The notes under the pieces were generated by a model, which saw nothing but the letters and a program-made list of their open reading frames with translations, did not search any database and was not told where the DNA came from. A DNA stretch of 63,751 nt, filler included. It is 9 parts of 9 records of this genome, joined end to end, with 100 filler letters (N's around TTAATTAATTAA, not from the genome) between each part and the next. Parts side by side here need not be neighbours in the genome. Positions count along the whole stretch, not along the records: positions 9,573 to 32,286 come from SRR20825010_2270; positions 32,387 to 36,094 come from SRR20825010_2274; positions 36,195 to 40,338 come from SRR20825010_2275; positions 40,439 to 45,778 come from SRR20825010_2280; 5 more parts are not named here. One strand, given 5' to 3'. The position numbers and the translations under genes were made by a program. This document shows positions 29,571-40,654 of the stretch, piece by piece (position 1 is the stretch's first letter; each line of letters begins with the position of its first letter).

Positions 29571-29620
29571 CAGCCGCAGCCGCAGCCGCCAGCGCCGGCA
29601 GAGCGTGGCTGGCGGCTGGC
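29571..29620. terminator. GC-rich hairpin after adh, with a CAGCCG x3 microrepeat
   Basis: CAGCCGCCAGC (29583-29593) pairs with GCTGGCGGCTG (29608-29618). Confidence 0.5.
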
Positions 29621-29627
29621 CGTTTGG

Positions 29628-30683
29628 TTATGCGGCTTTCAGTGTCTTCATGTCGATCACGAAACGGTACTTCACATCGCCTTTCTTCATGCGCTCGTAG
29701 GCTTCGTTGATGTTTTTGATGTCGAGCATTTCCACGTCACAGGTGATGCCGTGATCGGCGCAGAAATCCAGCACTTCCTGGGTTTCGGGCATACCGCCGA
29801 TGAGAGAGCCTGCCAGCACGCGGCGCTTGAATACCAGGCCGCCGGCTTCCAGGGGCGGATCGACCGGTTCCAGTAAGCCCACGAGGATGTGGGTGCCGTC
29901 GAACGTCAGGCAGTTCAGGTACGGATTCAGGTCATGCTGTACCGGCACGGTATCCAGCATGAAATCGAAGGATTCGGCGGCCGCTTCCATCTGGCTGTCG
30001 TCGGTGGAGACGACAACATGGTCGGCGCCCTGTTTCTTCGCCTCGGCCACCTTGCTTTCGGAGCGAGTGAAGATGGTGACCTCCGCGCCCAGGGCCTTGG
30101 CGAATTTCACGCCCATATGGCCGAGGCCGCCCATGCCGATAACGCCCACTTTGTCGCCAGGTCGAACGCCGTAGTGGCGTAGTGGGGAGTAGGTGGTAAT
30201 GCCTGCGCAGAGAATGGGGGCGGCGGAGGCTGGGTCCAGCTTTTCCGGGACTTTCACCACAAAGCGCTCGCTGACCACAACCCGGTCGGAATAACCGCCG
30301 TAGGTGATGGAGCCGTCATAACGGTCCTCGCCATTGTAGGTGGCGGTCATGCCTTCCAGGCAATACTGTTCGAGGCCGGATTCGCAGGCGGAACAGCTAC
30401 GGCAGGAATCCACCATGCAGCCTACGCCGACCGTATCGCCCACCTTATAGTCTGTCACGTCGGAGCCAACAGCAGTGACACGGCCAATGATCTCGTGGCC
30501 GGGAATTACCGGAAACTGCGTGACGCCCCAATCGTTCTGGGCGAAGTGGATATCGGTGTGGCAGACCCCGCAGTAGTCAATCTCAATGGAGACATCGTCC
30601 GGGCGCGGTTCGCGCCGTTCGAAGCTGATGGGGGCCAGCTTTGAGTCGGCTGATTCAGCTGCGTAGCCTTTTGCAGTCGCCAT
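29628..30683 (-). CDS. NAD(P)-dependent Zn alcohol dehydrogenase (YahK/cinnamyl type)
   Basis: CGVCHTD, GHEIIG, four structural Cys, GMGGLG. Confidence 0.95.
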   Translation of the reverse strand: MATAKGYAAESADSKLAPISFERREPRPDDVSIEIDYCGVCHTDIHFAQNDWGVTQFPVIPGHEIIGRVTAVGSDVTDYKVGDTVGVGCMVDSCRSCSACESGLEQYCLEGMTATYNGEDRYDGSITYGGYSDRVVVSERFVVKVPEKLDPASAAPILCAGITTYSPLRHYGVRPGDKVGVIGMGGLGHMGVKFAKALGAEVTIFTRSESKVAEAKKQGADHVVVSTDDSQMEAAAESFDFMLDTVPVQHDLNPYLNCLTFDGTHILVGLLEPVDPPLEAGGLVFKRRVLAGSLIGGMPETQEVLDFCADHGITCDVEMLDIKNINEAYERMKKGDVKYRFVIDMKTLKAA

Positions 30684-30794
30684 GGTCCGTGTTCCTTCTT
30701 TGTCGGTAAATGTTCAAACCTATACGCAGTAACTCCGGGTGTGAGTCAGTTTTTCAACCGCAAGTTCCTTTTATGAAAGGAATATCATCAAGGG

Positions 30795-31688
30795 TTAATG
30801 ACGATGGGTGTGGCGGTAGTCGGTGGGGGACTGGCCCATGACCTTCTTGAACAGTCGCGAAAAATAATAGTTGTCGTCATAGCCCAGAAGGCTACTGATC
30901 TGGGTAAAGGAGTGGTCCGTGGTGTCCAGTAACTGGCAGGCCTGTTCCACTTTCAGGTGCAGGAAATGCTGGATCGGGGAGACGCCGGTCAGGGCCCGGT
31001 AGCGGGTGGCAAAGTGTGCGGGTGAGAGCCCCGTCAGGTCCGCCAGTTGATTGAGCGTGATGCGCTCATCCAGATGCTCGCGCATGAAGTTATGAATGAT
31101 GTCCAGGTCTGGCTGCTGCGCCTGGCCGGCCTCGCCGACGCTCAGCGGAACGGCCGCCAGCAACTGGCGTAGCCGGTTGGCCACATGGACCAGGCCGGGG
31201 GTGCGGAAACCGGTCTGCCGTACCGAAAGCAGGCCGTTGAAGTCCACCAGCAATCGGGGTTGCCGACCGATGTGCTGAACGCGGATGCCGTCGGTAAATC
31301 CCATGTGTTCCCGAAAGTGTTCCGCCAATGGGCCTGCATAGTGCACCCAATGAATTGTCCATGGGTTCTCCGGTGCGGCGGTGTATCGGTGGGCGGCGCC
31401 GGCCGGTATCAGCACCAGGTCGCCCGCCCGTATCAGGCAGGGTTCGTCTTCGACATTCAGGTAGGCTTCCCCCTCCGTGCAATGGATCAAAAGATCGTCA
31501 TTGTGGTGCTCCCGGTGCATGTGGTGGCCTGCGGCGCGGCGATAGTGACCGAAGGCGAGCGGGTACAGGTCGCGGGTCAGCGGATGTCGTGACAGGCCGC
31601 GTATGACCGGGTCAGGGATGACATAACGAATGCTGTCCGGCGGTACGGGCCACTGTGATGTTTTGGTCATCGTAGGCGCCTGTTTCAT
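30795..31688 (-). CDS. mmsR: AraC family regulator, MmsR-like
   Basis: Cupin plus GYDDNYYFSRLFKK; divergent from mmsA. Confidence 0.8.
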   Translation of the reverse strand: MKQAPTMTKTSQWPVPPDSIRYVIPDPVIRGLSRHPLTRDLYPLAFGHYRRAAGHHMHREHHNDDLLIHCTEGEAYLNVEDEPCLIRAGDLVLIPAGAAHRYTAAPENPWTIHWVHYAGPLAEHFREHMGFTDGIRVQHIGRQPRLLVDFNGLLSVRQTGFRTPGLVHVANRLRQLLAAVPLSVGEAGQAQQPDLDIIHNFMREHLDERITLNQLADLTGLSPAHFATRYRALTGVSPIQHFLHLKVEQACQLLDTTDHSFTQISSLLGYDDNYYFSRLFKKVMGQSPTDYRHTHRH

Positions 31689-31703
31689 GATGGATTCGAA
31701 AGA

Positions 31704-31735
31704 TAGTCCATCATGGTCGAAACTTAGTCAATCAT
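31704..31735. promoter_or_regulatory. Tandem AraC-type half-sites in the mmsR-mmsA intergenic region
   Basis: TAGTCCATCAT and TAGTCAATCAT direct repeats with a 21-bp period. Confidence 0.65.
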
Positions 31736-31819
31736 TAAGCGGCAGAAGGCTGTGCTAGGATCGATGACAACCATAGGGCACAGGCCCAAAGACCTACAAC
31801 AATGACAGGGAATATTGCT

Positions 31820-32286
31820 ATGAAAAACGTACCCCTTTATATCGGTGGTGAGTTCGTCCAAAGCCAGACTGAGCAGTGGATTGACGTTACTGACCCAGCT
31901 ACCAATGAAGTGATTGCCCGTGCACCCTGCACCACCGACGCCGAGATGCGTCGCGCTATCGACAACGCAGGCGAAGTGTTCAAGACCTGGAAAGAGGTCC
32001 CGGTCTCCGAGCGCGCCCGGGTGATGATGCGTTACCAGGCCCTGCTGAAAGAACACCATGATGAAATCGCCGAGATCCTGTCCAGCGAAACCGGCAAAAC
32101 CTTCGAGGATGCCAAAGGCGACGTATGGCGTGGTATCGAGGTTGTGGAGCACGCAGCCAACATCCCCTCGCTGATGATGGGTGAAACCGTTGAGAACGTC
32201 GCCCGCGAGATCGACACCTATTCCTACACCCAGCCGCTGGGTGTCTGTGCCGGTATCACGCCGTTCAACTTCCCGGCCATGATCCC
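31820..32286 (+). CDS. mmsA: CoA-acylating methylmalonate-semialdehyde dehydrogenase (3' partial)
   Basis: [33 protein letters not shown]. Confidence 0.92.
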
Positions 32287-32387
32287 NNNNNNNNNNNNNN
32301 NNNNNNNNNNNNNNNNNNNNNNNNNNNNNNTTAATTAATTAANNNNNNNNNNNNNNNNNNNNNNNNNNNNNNNNNNNNNNNNNNNNG

Positions 32388-33422
32388 ATGATACCTCCTG
32401 TAACCGGACTCCCCCGTCTGGCGATTATCGGGGCCGGCCTGTCCGGGTTGACCCTGGCAGGTGAGCTGGATGGTTTTGCCGAAGTGACGGTTTTCGATAA
32501 GTCTCCGCGTGTCGGTGGGCGTATCACCACACGTACCGGGGAGGACTTCCAGTTTGATTACGGTGCGCAATTCTTCACTGCCCGCTCAGTTGCCTTTCAG
32601 AACTACCTGAAACCACTGATTGCCACAGGCCGGGTGGCCGAATGGCACCCGCGGGTCATCACATTGGGAGATGACCGAAAATCCTACCGGCGCGACTGGT
32701 TTGAACCCCACTATGTGGCGGTTCCCGGCATGAATACCCTGTGCCAGCTCGCTGCCGAGGGCAAAAATCTGATATTGGATACTGCGATTGAGTCACTTGA
32801 AAAAACCATCGCCGGTTGGTTGTTACGGGATCGCAACGATACCTGCCACGGTCCTTTTGACTGGGTCGTCTGTAGCATGCCGGCGCCACAGTCTGCGGCA
32901 CTGCTGCCGTCATCCTTTACCGGTTACGAGCAGGTGTGCGGTACTACAATGCTCGGCTGTTACAGTCTGTTGCTGGGCTTTGCCGAACCGCTTCAGAGTC
33001 TGTGGCAGGCGGCGGTGGTGAAGCATTCTCCCATTGGCTGGCTGGCGTTTGAGTCATCCCGCCCTGGTCGCGCTGGTGGTTGTGGACTCCTGGTTCAGTC
33101 AACCAATGCCTGGGCCGAACAGCATCTGGATGACGATTCCCGGCAGGTTCAGCGGGCCCTGTGGCACGAACTGGAACGGCTCATGGCTAAAACGCTGCCG
33201 AAGCCAAAGTACTCTCGACTGCATCGCTGGCGCTACGCCAATACCGTGCCAACACCCAAAGCAACAGACAGAGCAACACCTGAAGTATCGCCGGAAGCGG
33301 GGTGTCTAATGGATGAACAGTTGCAGTTGGGCGTCTGTGGTGACTGGCTGTTGGGTGGCAGGGTGGAGTCAGCTTACCTGAGCGGATTAGCGCTGGCGAC
33401 AGAGCTGAAACAACGTTTTTAA
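32388..33422 (+). CDS. Renalase-like NAD(P)/FAD-dependent oxidoreductase (start at contig edge, uncertain)
   Basis: GAGLSG, GGRITTR, FDYGAQFF, HRWRYA, CGDW. Confidence 0.88.
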   Translation: MIPPVTGLPRLAIIGAGLSGLTLAGELDGFAEVTVFDKSPRVGGRITTRTGEDFQFDYGAQFFTARSVAFQNYLKPLIATGRVAEWHPRVITLGDDRKSYRRDWFEPHYVAVPGMNTLCQLAAEGKNLILDTAIESLEKTIAGWLLRDRNDTCHGPFDWVVCSMPAPQSAALLPSSFTGYEQVCGTTMLGCYSLLLGFAEPLQSLWQAAVVKHSPIGWLAFESSRPGRAGGCGLLVQSTNAWAEQHLDDDSRQVQRALWHELERLMAKTLPKPKYSRLHRWRYANTVPTPKATDRATPEVSPEAGCLMDEQLQLGVCGDWLLGGRVESAYLSGLALATELKQRF

Positions 33423-33467
33423 TCCCCGCCCATGTTTGAGATCCTTTCTCGGCTGCAGTTGTCAACG

Positions 33468-34814
33468 TCAAGCAGCCAGGCAGGGCAGGCATACGGTTAC
33501 CAGCAGCCCTCCCATGGGAGACGGTTTTAATTGCAATTGCCCGTCATACAGTTGGATCAACTCGCTGACAATGGCGAGCCCAAGGCCCGAGCCAGAACGC
33601 TGTTCATCCAGCCGGCCACCGCGTTGCAACGCTTCATCCCGGCTCTGGGACGACATCCCCGGCCCGTCGTCCATAATGCTGAGGTGCAGGTTGTCGGCTT
33701 CACTGTAGATTGCCATCACCACTTTCGATGTGGCCCAGCGCAATGCGTTTTCCAGTAGATTGCCGACAATTTCCTGTAGGTCCTGGGCATCGATTTGCAA
33801 CTGCAGTGGTGGTACTTCGGGTTTTTGAAAGGTGATATTCTTTCGTTCGGCCAACCGTGAAATACCGTTGAAGACAGGTTCAAGTGCCACCGATAGGGTC
33901 ACTCTAGGCCGCAGCACCACTGGGCCAGCGGCGGAAGCCCGGGCCAGGTGGTGTCGTACAGCCTCGTTCAGTCGTTTCAGTTCGGATGCCATGGTCTCGC
34001 GCTGACTGGCAGGCAATTGCTCTGTTGTCGTCATCATTACACTGACAGGCGTTTTGATGGCATGGGCCAGGTTGCCCGCCGCGGTACGGGCGCGGGACAT
34101 CAACTGCCGGTCGCGCTCCAGTACAGTATTGATGGCAGTTGCCAGATTGTTCAACTCTTCGGGGAGGTCGGTGTCGAGCCGCTCACAGTCACCTCTTTCC
34201 ACTGCCTGCAGATTGCTTCGGATGCGTCTTAACGGTTCAAGTCCCCAGTGCAACTGACACCAGATGCCCAGCAGTAGCAAGATTCCCAGGGACACTAACG
34301 AGAGCCAGAGCAGCTGCTCAAAGCGGGCCAGTGCGCTATCCACTTCGCTGAGATCAGCAGCCACCGCAACGTGCAGAGTGACCGGGAGCCTTGGCAGTCG
34401 CACATCCCGCTCCAGCTTGCGCAGGGTTTCTCCGTTTGGGCCGGAAATTGTGCTGTATTGCAGTTGCGGGCCTGCTGTCAGAGGTAAGCGCTGATCCCAT
34501 AGGGAACGGGAGGTCAGAACCCGGGAGGCATTGTCGGAAATCTGCCAATACCAGCCGGAGAACACCTGATCGAAGCGGGCATCGCCGAGTCGCTGGTTGA
34601 GCACCAGTGTGTCTGTTTGCCGGTCATATTCAATGCCGGCCAAAACCACGTTGAGCAGGGACTCCAGACGTTCATCGAATGCAGTATTGACGGCTTCGCG
34701 AAGATTGTAGGAGAGCAACAGACCGGCAACCGGGATAACGAGTACCACCAAAATCAGCGAGGTAGCCAGCATGCGGGAAGCAATCGGCAGTTTGCGCAGG
34801 AGGTGCCGGTTCAT
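33468..34814 (-). CDS. Sensor histidine kinase
   Basis: 2 TM segments, HAMP, LAHAIKTP H-box, NLLENA, DDGPG, GSGLGL. Confidence 0.93.
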   Translation of the reverse strand: MNRHLLRKLPIASRMLATSLILVVLVIPVAGLLLSYNLREAVNTAFDERLESLLNVVLAGIEYDRQTDTLVLNQRLGDARFDQVFSGWYWQISDNASRVLTSRSLWDQRLPLTAGPQLQYSTISGPNGETLRKLERDVRLPRLPVTLHVAVAADLSEVDSALARFEQLLWLSLVSLGILLLLGIWCQLHWGLEPLRRIRSNLQAVERGDCERLDTDLPEELNNLATAINTVLERDRQLMSRARTAAGNLAHAIKTPVSVMMTTTEQLPASQRETMASELKRLNEAVRHHLARASAAGPVVLRPRVTLSVALEPVFNGISRLAERKNITFQKPEVPPLQLQIDAQDLQEIVGNLLENALRWATSKVVMAIYSEADNLHLSIMDDGPGMSSQSRDEALQRGGRLDEQRSGSGLGLAIVSELIQLYDGQLQLKPSPMGGLLVTVCLPCLAA

Positions 34815-35482
34815 GGGTCGGGCGGATGGTCCGGTAAACAGTAGCCCTGTCCTCGCACTGTGAGGATTGAGTCGCTGTCCAGTTTTTTCCGCAACCGACT
34901 GATCTGTACATCAATGACGTTCGAATCCGGTTCCTGATCTTGGTCATAAACATGTTCCGAAAGCTCGGTTCTACTCACGATCCGTGGCGCTGCGTGTATC
35001 AGATAGGAGAGCAGGCGGAATTCCTGTGCGGATAACGACACGGGCATACCCAGATAGGTGAATCGGCCCGTGTGGGTGTCCAGTGTCAGGTCGCCCACTG
35101 TAATGACCGGGTGGGCATGCCCGTGGCTACGGCGAACCAGTGCCCGCAGACGGAGTAATACCTCGGCCGTTTCAAATGGCTTGGTCACATAATCATCGGC
35201 TCCTGCCGAAAACCCGGCGGCTTTGTCTGACCAGCGCTCTCTGGCCGTGAGGATGAGGACAGGCAGGTCTATACCGCGGGCGCGCCACCCCGAGAGCCAC
35301 TGTACACCGTTGCCGTCCGGCAGGCCGAGATCAAGGATGATGGCATCGTAACACTCGACACTCACCTGAAAGTCAGCCGTTTTGCCGTCCGGAGCTATCT
35401 CAACCAGTACACCCACATTCCGCAGGGCTTCGGCGAGTGCCTCTGCAAGGGGCTGGTCATCTTCAACCAGGAGGACTTTCAA
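34811..35482 (-). CDS. OmpR family response regulator
   Basis: VEDD, LDLGLP, GADDY, winged helix TVRGQGY; TTG start overlaps the upstream stop. Confidence 0.93.
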   Translation of the reverse strand: MKVLLVEDDQPLAEALAEALRNVGVLVEIAPDGKTADFQVSVECYDAIILDLGLPDGNGVQWLSGWRARGIDLPVLILTARERWSDKAAGFSAGADDYVTKPFETAEVLLRLRALVRRSHGHAHPVITVGDLTLDTHTGRFTYLGMPVSLSAQEFRLLSYLIHAAPRIVSRTELSEHVYDQDQEPDSNVIDVQISRLRKKLDSDSILTVRGQGYCLPDHPPDP

Positions 35483-35877
35483 GGGCGTGTCATCCCACGA
35501 ATATTGCTGCCTTCAATACCAATCAGCTCCCCCGTGGCGGCATTCACTTCAAACTCGACCACTTGCCCCTGTGGTCCGAGTAGTTCTATTTCGTAGATTA
35601 TCACGCCGTTCTCATCCTCCAGGTCCACATCGATAACCTGGCCATCATAGCGCGTGTTAAGGCTTGCCAGAATCTCATTGAGAGGCTTGATTTTGCCCGC
35701 TTGAACATCTTCGTGGAGCCGTCGCCAATCATCATCGTCACTCCAGCCGGGACTGATAAAGCCCAGTGTCAGAATGGCTGCCAGAAAATAGCGGCCCCTG
35801 CATCGCGGCGAGCGGTGTCGGTAGTGACGGGCGAGAGACAGGCGATGCTGGCTGAAAAAATGTTTCATGAGGGGCAT
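35479..35877 (-). CDS. PepSY domain protein
   Basis: Signal-like segment; YEIELL...VNAATGELI PepSY pattern; start uncertain. Confidence 0.8.
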   Translation of the reverse strand: MPLMKHFFSQHRLSLARHYRHRSPRCRGRYFLAAILTLGFISPGWSDDDDWRRLHEDVQAGKIKPLNEILASLNTRYDGQVIDVDLEDENGVIIYEIELLGPQGQVVEFEVNAATGELIGIEGSNIRGMTRP

Positions 35878-36032
35878 TCTGCCAAAGAGAACATGAATGG
35901 ACTATGAACAGATTACTCAGGGTGCTGTAAGGATGGCTTTGTTACTGTGCCTATCAAGCGGGTCAGCTCACGTTCGGGATTTCCCCAGTGCTTTATCTGG
36001 CCCTGTTTTTATCAATCAATCCGGAGGTTTAT

Positions 36033-36094
36033 ATGAAACTGTTACTTACAACACTGACGATTGCGACACTGGCTGTGACCCCCTTTGCCTATAC
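36033..36094 (+). CDS. Secreted protein, N-terminal fragment (signal peptide only)
   Basis: GGAGG RBS then MKLLLTTLTIATLAVTPFAY, truncated by the gap; not in the ORF track. Confidence 0.6.
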
Positions 36095-36194
36095 NNNNNN
36101 NNNNNNNNNNNNNNNNNNNNNNNNNNNNNNNNNNNNNNTTAATTAATTAANNNNNNNNNNNNNNNNNNNNNNNNNNNNNNNNNNNNNNNNNNNN

Positions 36195-36509
36195 GCGCAT
36201 CAGTTCGGCCAGCATTTCGGCGCGCCGAACCACCGGCAGCAGCCGTTCGCGCGCCGCCATCAGTTCGGGATTGGTCTTCTTGATCGCGGTCGAGACCACC
36301 ACGACTTCCGCCTCGCCGAGATTGGCGGCGGAATGGCCGATATGCACCTCGATGCCCTTGTCCCTGAGCCGCTGCACATTGGCGCTTTCGGACTGGTCGG
36401 AGCCCTGCACCTTGTAGCCGAGATTGTTCAAGACCTCGGCAATGCCGCTCATGCCGATGCCGCCGATGCCGATGAAATGCACCAGGCCGATTGTTTGTGG
36501 CATCTTCAT
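36195..36509 (-). CDS. murC: UDP-N-acetylmuramate--L-alanine ligase (3' partial)
   Basis: [25 protein letters not shown]. Confidence 0.96.
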
Positions 36510-37633
36510 GCGGGTGGACTCCTGAATTGTTCTACACTGACGCCCTCCGCAATAGCTTCTGCCAGATTGGCAAGCAAGCGCGCGGCGTCGGGTTTTCCCG
36601 TGGCCTGGGCGGCGGCCGCGGTGGCGGCCAGGCCGGCGGGATCGTTCATCCGGTCGGCGATCATGCCCGACAGGACCTGTGGCGTCAGCTCCGATTGCCT
36701 GACCACGCTGGCGCCGCCCTTGGCCATCAACGCGTGCGCATTGGCCGCCTGGTCATGGTCGAGCGCATAGGGATAGGGCACCAGGATGGCCGAGCGGCCG
36801 ATCACGGCGATCTCGGAGACGGTCGAGGCGCCGGAGCGCGAAATCACTAGGTGCGCGGCGCCGATGCGCGCCGCCATGTCGGTGAAGAACGGCGAGATCT
36901 CGGCCTTGACACCCATTTCCTCGAGCCGGGCCCGGACCTGCGCCTCATCCTCTGGCCTTGCCTGCTGGGTGAGTTGGAGCCGCGCCCTGAGATCTTCCGG
37001 CAGAAGCCCGATGGCATTCGGGATGACCTCGGAGAAGAACTGTGCGCCCTGGCTGCCGCCGAACACCACCAGCCGGAACGGCTCGCCGTCGACCGAAGGC
37101 ACATAAGGAATTGCCGCCGCCGCAATAACTTCCGGACGCACCGGATTGCCGGTGATCACGGTCTTGTCCGCGTACCGGCCCTGGCCTTCGGGCAGGAAGC
37201 CGCCGGCAATCGCCTTGACCCGCGAGGCCAGCGCCTTGTTGGCGCGGCCCATGACCGCGTTCTGTTCATGCAGCATCGTCGGCAATCCGGCATTCGATGC
37301 CGCAAGCAGCGGCGGGATCGTCGGATAGCCGCCAAAGCCGATCACCGCGTCTGGCCGGATCCTGCGGATCAGGGCTCCGGCCTCGCGCACGCCCTTGAAC
37401 AGGGTCCACAGCGACTTGATCACCGTGAACGGATTCTTCGAACCGATGGTGGCCGACCGCACGACATGGATCTCGGAGGCCGGGAACTTGCCCGAGAACC
37501 GCTCGGCGCGGCTGTCGGTGACCAGATGCACCCGGTGCCCACGCGCCGTCAGTTCGTGCGCCAGCGCCTCGGCCGGGAACAGGTGCCCGCCGGTGCCGCC
37601 CGCCGACAGCAGGAAAAGCTTGTTCTTCGCCAT
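36506..37633 (-). CDS. murG: Lipid II GlcNAc transferase
   Basis: [25 protein letters not shown]. Confidence 0.97.
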   Translation of the reverse strand: MAKNKLFLLSAGGTGGHLFPAEALAHELTARGHRVHLVTDSRAERFSGKFPASEIHVVRSATIGSKNPFTVIKSLWTLFKGVREAGALIRRIRPDAVIGFGGYPTIPPLLAASNAGLPTMLHEQNAVMGRANKALASRVKAIAGGFLPEGQGRYADKTVITGNPVRPEVIAAAAIPYVPSVDGEPFRLVVFGGSQGAQFFSEVIPNAIGLLPEDLRARLQLTQQARPEDEAQVRARLEEMGVKAEISPFFTDMAARIGAAHLVISRSGASTVSEIAVIGRSAILVPYPYALDHDQAANAHALMAKGGASVVRQSELTPQVLSGMIADRMNDPAGLAATAAAAQATGKPDAARLLANLAEAIAEGVSVEQFRSPPA

Positions 37634-37637
37634 CGCC

Positions 37638-38792
37638 CTATTCCGCCGCCACGCTCGCCACCGGCCGGTAGACGGTGCGCGGCTGGGCCCGGCTTTCGGG
37701 CCGGCGCCGGGTCAGGGCCAGCACGAAACCGGCGGTGATCGACACCGCGATCATCGACGAACCGCCATAGGAAATCAGCGGCAGCGTCATGCCCTTGGCC
37801 GGCAGCAGTTCGAGATTGACGCCGATATTGATGAACGACTGGAAGCCGATCAGGAGCGACAGCCCGGCAACCGCTAGGCGGGTGAAGTCATCCTTCTCCT
37901 GGCCGGCGCGGATAAGCCCGCGAATGACCACGAAGCCGAACAGCATGACCAGCACCATGCAGAAGATGATGCCGAATTCCTCGGCCGCGACGGAAAAGAC
38001 GAAGTCAGTGTGGCTGTCGGGCAGGATCCGCTTGATGGTGCCCTCGCCCGGCCCCTGGCCCAGCCAGTCGCCGCGGATGATCGCCTCGCGCGCAGTGTCG
38101 ACCTGGAAACTGTCGCCTTCGCCGAACAGGAAGCCGTTGATGCGTTCAGCCACATGCGGAAACATGAAATAGGAGGAGATAAAGCCGAGGATCGCAACCC
38201 CGCCCAGGAGCATGATCCACAGCCAGGACATGCCCGCCATGAAGAACATGCCGCCCCAGACCGCAGTCGTCAGCATGGTCTGCCCGAGGTCCGGCTGGGC
38301 CACCAGCAGCGCGGCAACGATGCCGAACAGGATGATGGCGAACAGGTTGCCGGGAATTTCCGGGTGCCGCGAGCGTTCGGAGAACAGCCAGGCGCAGATC
38401 ACCACGAAGGCGGGCTTCATGAATTCCGACGGCTGGACCGAGATCCCGAGGATCGACACCCAGCGCCGCGATCCCTTGATCTCGACGCCGAAAAACAGGG
38501 CCAGGATCATCATCAGGATGGAAGCCATCAGCAGCAGCAACGCCAGCCGCCGCACCTGCCGCGGGCTCAGGAACGACACGCCGACCATCCCGATCAACGC
38601 CGGCAGCAGGAACAGGCCATGACGCTCGACGAAATGAAAGCTGTCGAGCCCCAGCCTCTCGGCCACCGCCGGGCTGGCGGCGAACGACAGCATCAGGCCG
38701 ATCCCCATCAGCCCGACGAAGACCGCCAGGAACAGGCGGTCGATGGTCCAGAACCAGTCCGCGACCGGTCCACGTTCGACGCGGCTAACCAT
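37638..38792 (-). CDS. ftsW: SEDS peptidoglycan polymerase FtsW
   Basis: [29 protein letters not shown]. Confidence 0.96.
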   Translation of the reverse strand: MVSRVERGPVADWFWTIDRLFLAVFVGLMGIGLMLSFAASPAVAERLGLDSFHFVERHGLFLLPALIGMVGVSFLSPRQVRRLALLLLMASILMMILALFFGVEIKGSRRWVSILGISVQPSEFMKPAFVVICAWLFSERSRHPEIPGNLFAIILFGIVAALLVAQPDLGQTMLTTAVWGGMFFMAGMSWLWIMLLGGVAILGFISSYFMFPHVAERINGFLFGEGDSFQVDTAREAIIRGDWLGQGPGEGTIKRILPDSHTDFVFSVAAEEFGIIFCMVLVMLFGFVVIRGLIRAGQEKDDFTRLAVAGLSLLIGFQSFINIGVNLELLPAKGMTLPLISYGGSSMIAVSITAGFVLALTRRRPESRAQPRTVYRPVASVAAE

Positions 38793-40206
38793 GGCACTCT
38801 CCATTGTTTTCTACATCGATGAGCATGTCGGTATCATCAAGCGCTGACACGAGGCTTACGAAGGCGTCGCCCCTGACCTCGAAATTGCGGAACTGGTCGA
38901 AACTGGCGCAGGCCGGCGATAGCAAAACCGCAGGCATTTCCGCCTTATCCAGAGCCGCATCGCGCGCAGCCGCGGCCACGGCCTGGTCCAGCGTGCCGGA
39001 AATCTCGAAAGGCGCATGCGCACCGATGGTGGCGGCAAAACCGGCCGCCGCCTCGCCGATCAGGTAGGCCTTGGCAATGCGCGGGAAGAACAGCTCCAGA
39101 GAAGCGATCCCGCCCTCCTTCGGCAAGCCGCCTGCGATCCAGTAGATATGCTCGAAGCTCTGCAGCGCCGGCGCCGCCGCTTCCGCATTGGTGGCCTTGG
39201 AATCGTTGACGAAGACCACGCGCCCGCGCCGCGCCACCGGCTGCATCCGGTGCTTGAGGCCCGGGAAGACCGCGAGACCGGCGCGGATCTCGTCGACGCT
39301 GAGCCCGACCGCCAGGCAGGCGGCGATGGCTGCGGCGGCATTCTGGGCATTGTGCGCGCCGCGTAGCGTGGCGATGCCGCTGAGGTCGGCAAGGTCATCC
39401 ACCGCGCCGTCCCGCGCCCGTTGGATCAGCGACCCTTGCGCGAACAGGCCCTCGCTGAGAACATGGCCCTTGGAAATCCGTTCGACTTTCCGGCTCTGGC
39501 TTTCCAGCCGGTCGGCAATGCCGCGGCACCAGTCGTCGTCGACGCCGATGATCGCCACGTCGCTTTGCGCCACCAGCCGCTCCTTGACCTCGGCATAGTG
39601 CTGCATCGAGCCGTGCCGGTCGAGGTGATCCGGCGTCAGGTTGAGCAGCAGGCCGGCGCTCGGATCGAGCGAGGGCGCCAGGTCGATCTGGTAGGAGGAG
39701 CACTCGACAACGTGCACCCGGTCCGGCGCGGGCGGCGCCAGCGTCAGCACCGCCGTGCCGATATTGCCGCCGAGCTGGGCATCGCGGCCCGAATGGGCGA
39801 TCAGATGCGCGATCAGCGCGGTGGTGGTCGACTTGCCATTGGTGCCGGTGATGGCGATGAACGGACTGCCCGGCGCATGCGCCCGACGCTCGCGCACGAA
39901 AATCTCGACATCGCCGATGATCTCGACGCCGTGGCTGTTGGCCAGTTCCGCGCTCCAGTGCGGTTTCGGATGGGTCAGCGGCACGCCCGGCGCCAGCACC
40001 AGCGTGTCGACCGAGGACCAGTCGAGTTCGCGCAGATCGGCCACCGGAATGCCCGCGGCCCGCGCGGCGTCAACCTGGGCCGGATTGTCGTCCCAGGCCG
40101 AGACATCGGCCCCGCCGGCGGAGAGCGACCTGGCGGTGGCAAGCCCCGAGCCGCCCAGGCCGAAGAGCGCCACGCGTCTGCCGCGAAATGTCGACGCAGC
40201 GATCAT
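38785..40206 (-). CDS. murD: UDP-MurNAc-L-Ala--D-glutamate ligase
   Basis: [35 protein letters not shown]. Confidence 0.97.
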   Translation of the reverse strand: MIAASTFRGRRVALFGLGGSGLATARSLSAGGADVSAWDDNPAQVDAARAAGIPVADLRELDWSSVDTLVLAPGVPLTHPKPHWSAELANSHGVEIIGDVEIFVRERRAHAPGSPFIAITGTNGKSTTTALIAHLIAHSGRDAQLGGNIGTAVLTLAPPAPDRVHVVECSSYQIDLAPSLDPSAGLLLNLTPDHLDRHGSMQHYAEVKERLVAQSDVAIIGVDDDWCRGIADRLESQSRKVERISKGHVLSEGLFAQGSLIQRARDGAVDDLADLSGIATLRGAHNAQNAAAAIAACLAVGLSVDEIRAGLAVFPGLKHRMQPVARRGRVVFVNDSKATNAEAAAPALQSFEHIYWIAGGLPKEGGIASLELFFPRIAKAYLIGEAAAGFAATIGAHAPFEISGTLDQAVAAAARDAALDKAEMPAVLLSPACASFDQFRNFEVRGDAFVSLVSALDDTDMLIDVENNGECHG

Positions 40207-40209
40207 CGA

Positions 40210-40338
40210 TCACCTCAACTTCAGCGTCGCGAGGCCGATCATCGCCAGCCCGACCGAGATGATCCAGAACCGCACCACGACCTGGCTTTCGGTCCAGCCG
40301 AGCTTTTCGAAATGATGGTGGATCGGCGCCATCAGGAA
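40210..40338 (-). CDS. mraY: Phospho-MurNAc-pentapeptide transferase, C-terminal fragment
   Basis: Own translation [26 protein letters not shown]; not in the ORF track. Confidence 0.93.
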   Translation of the reverse strand, partial: FLMAPIHHHFEKLGWTESQVVVRFWIISVGLAMIGLATLKLR

Positions 40339-40654
40339 NNNNNNNNNNNNNNNNNNNNNNNNNNNNNNNNNNNNNNNNNNNNTTAATTAATTAANNNNNN
40401 NNNNNNNNNNNNNNNNNNNNNNNNNNNNNNNNNNNNNNCCCCCAAAATGCAGGGTTGTGGAAATTCATGTACCGCTGAAACGTAGATTCAGCGCGGTTCT
40501 ACTGCAACTCAAGATGTGGTGTGTGTTTGCAGAACGCGATCACAGCTTGCCGCACTTTACAAAGTTATTTACATTCAAGTCGCAGTTGTTTTTCGATAAA
40601 TGTAGTTAGAAGGTAGTCGCACACTATAATTTTCAAACCACAAGGAGAGCATTT

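Noticed and set aside
36851-40386. Long + strand ORFs of 270-321 aa
   Set aside because: Antisense shadows of murG, ftsW and murD.
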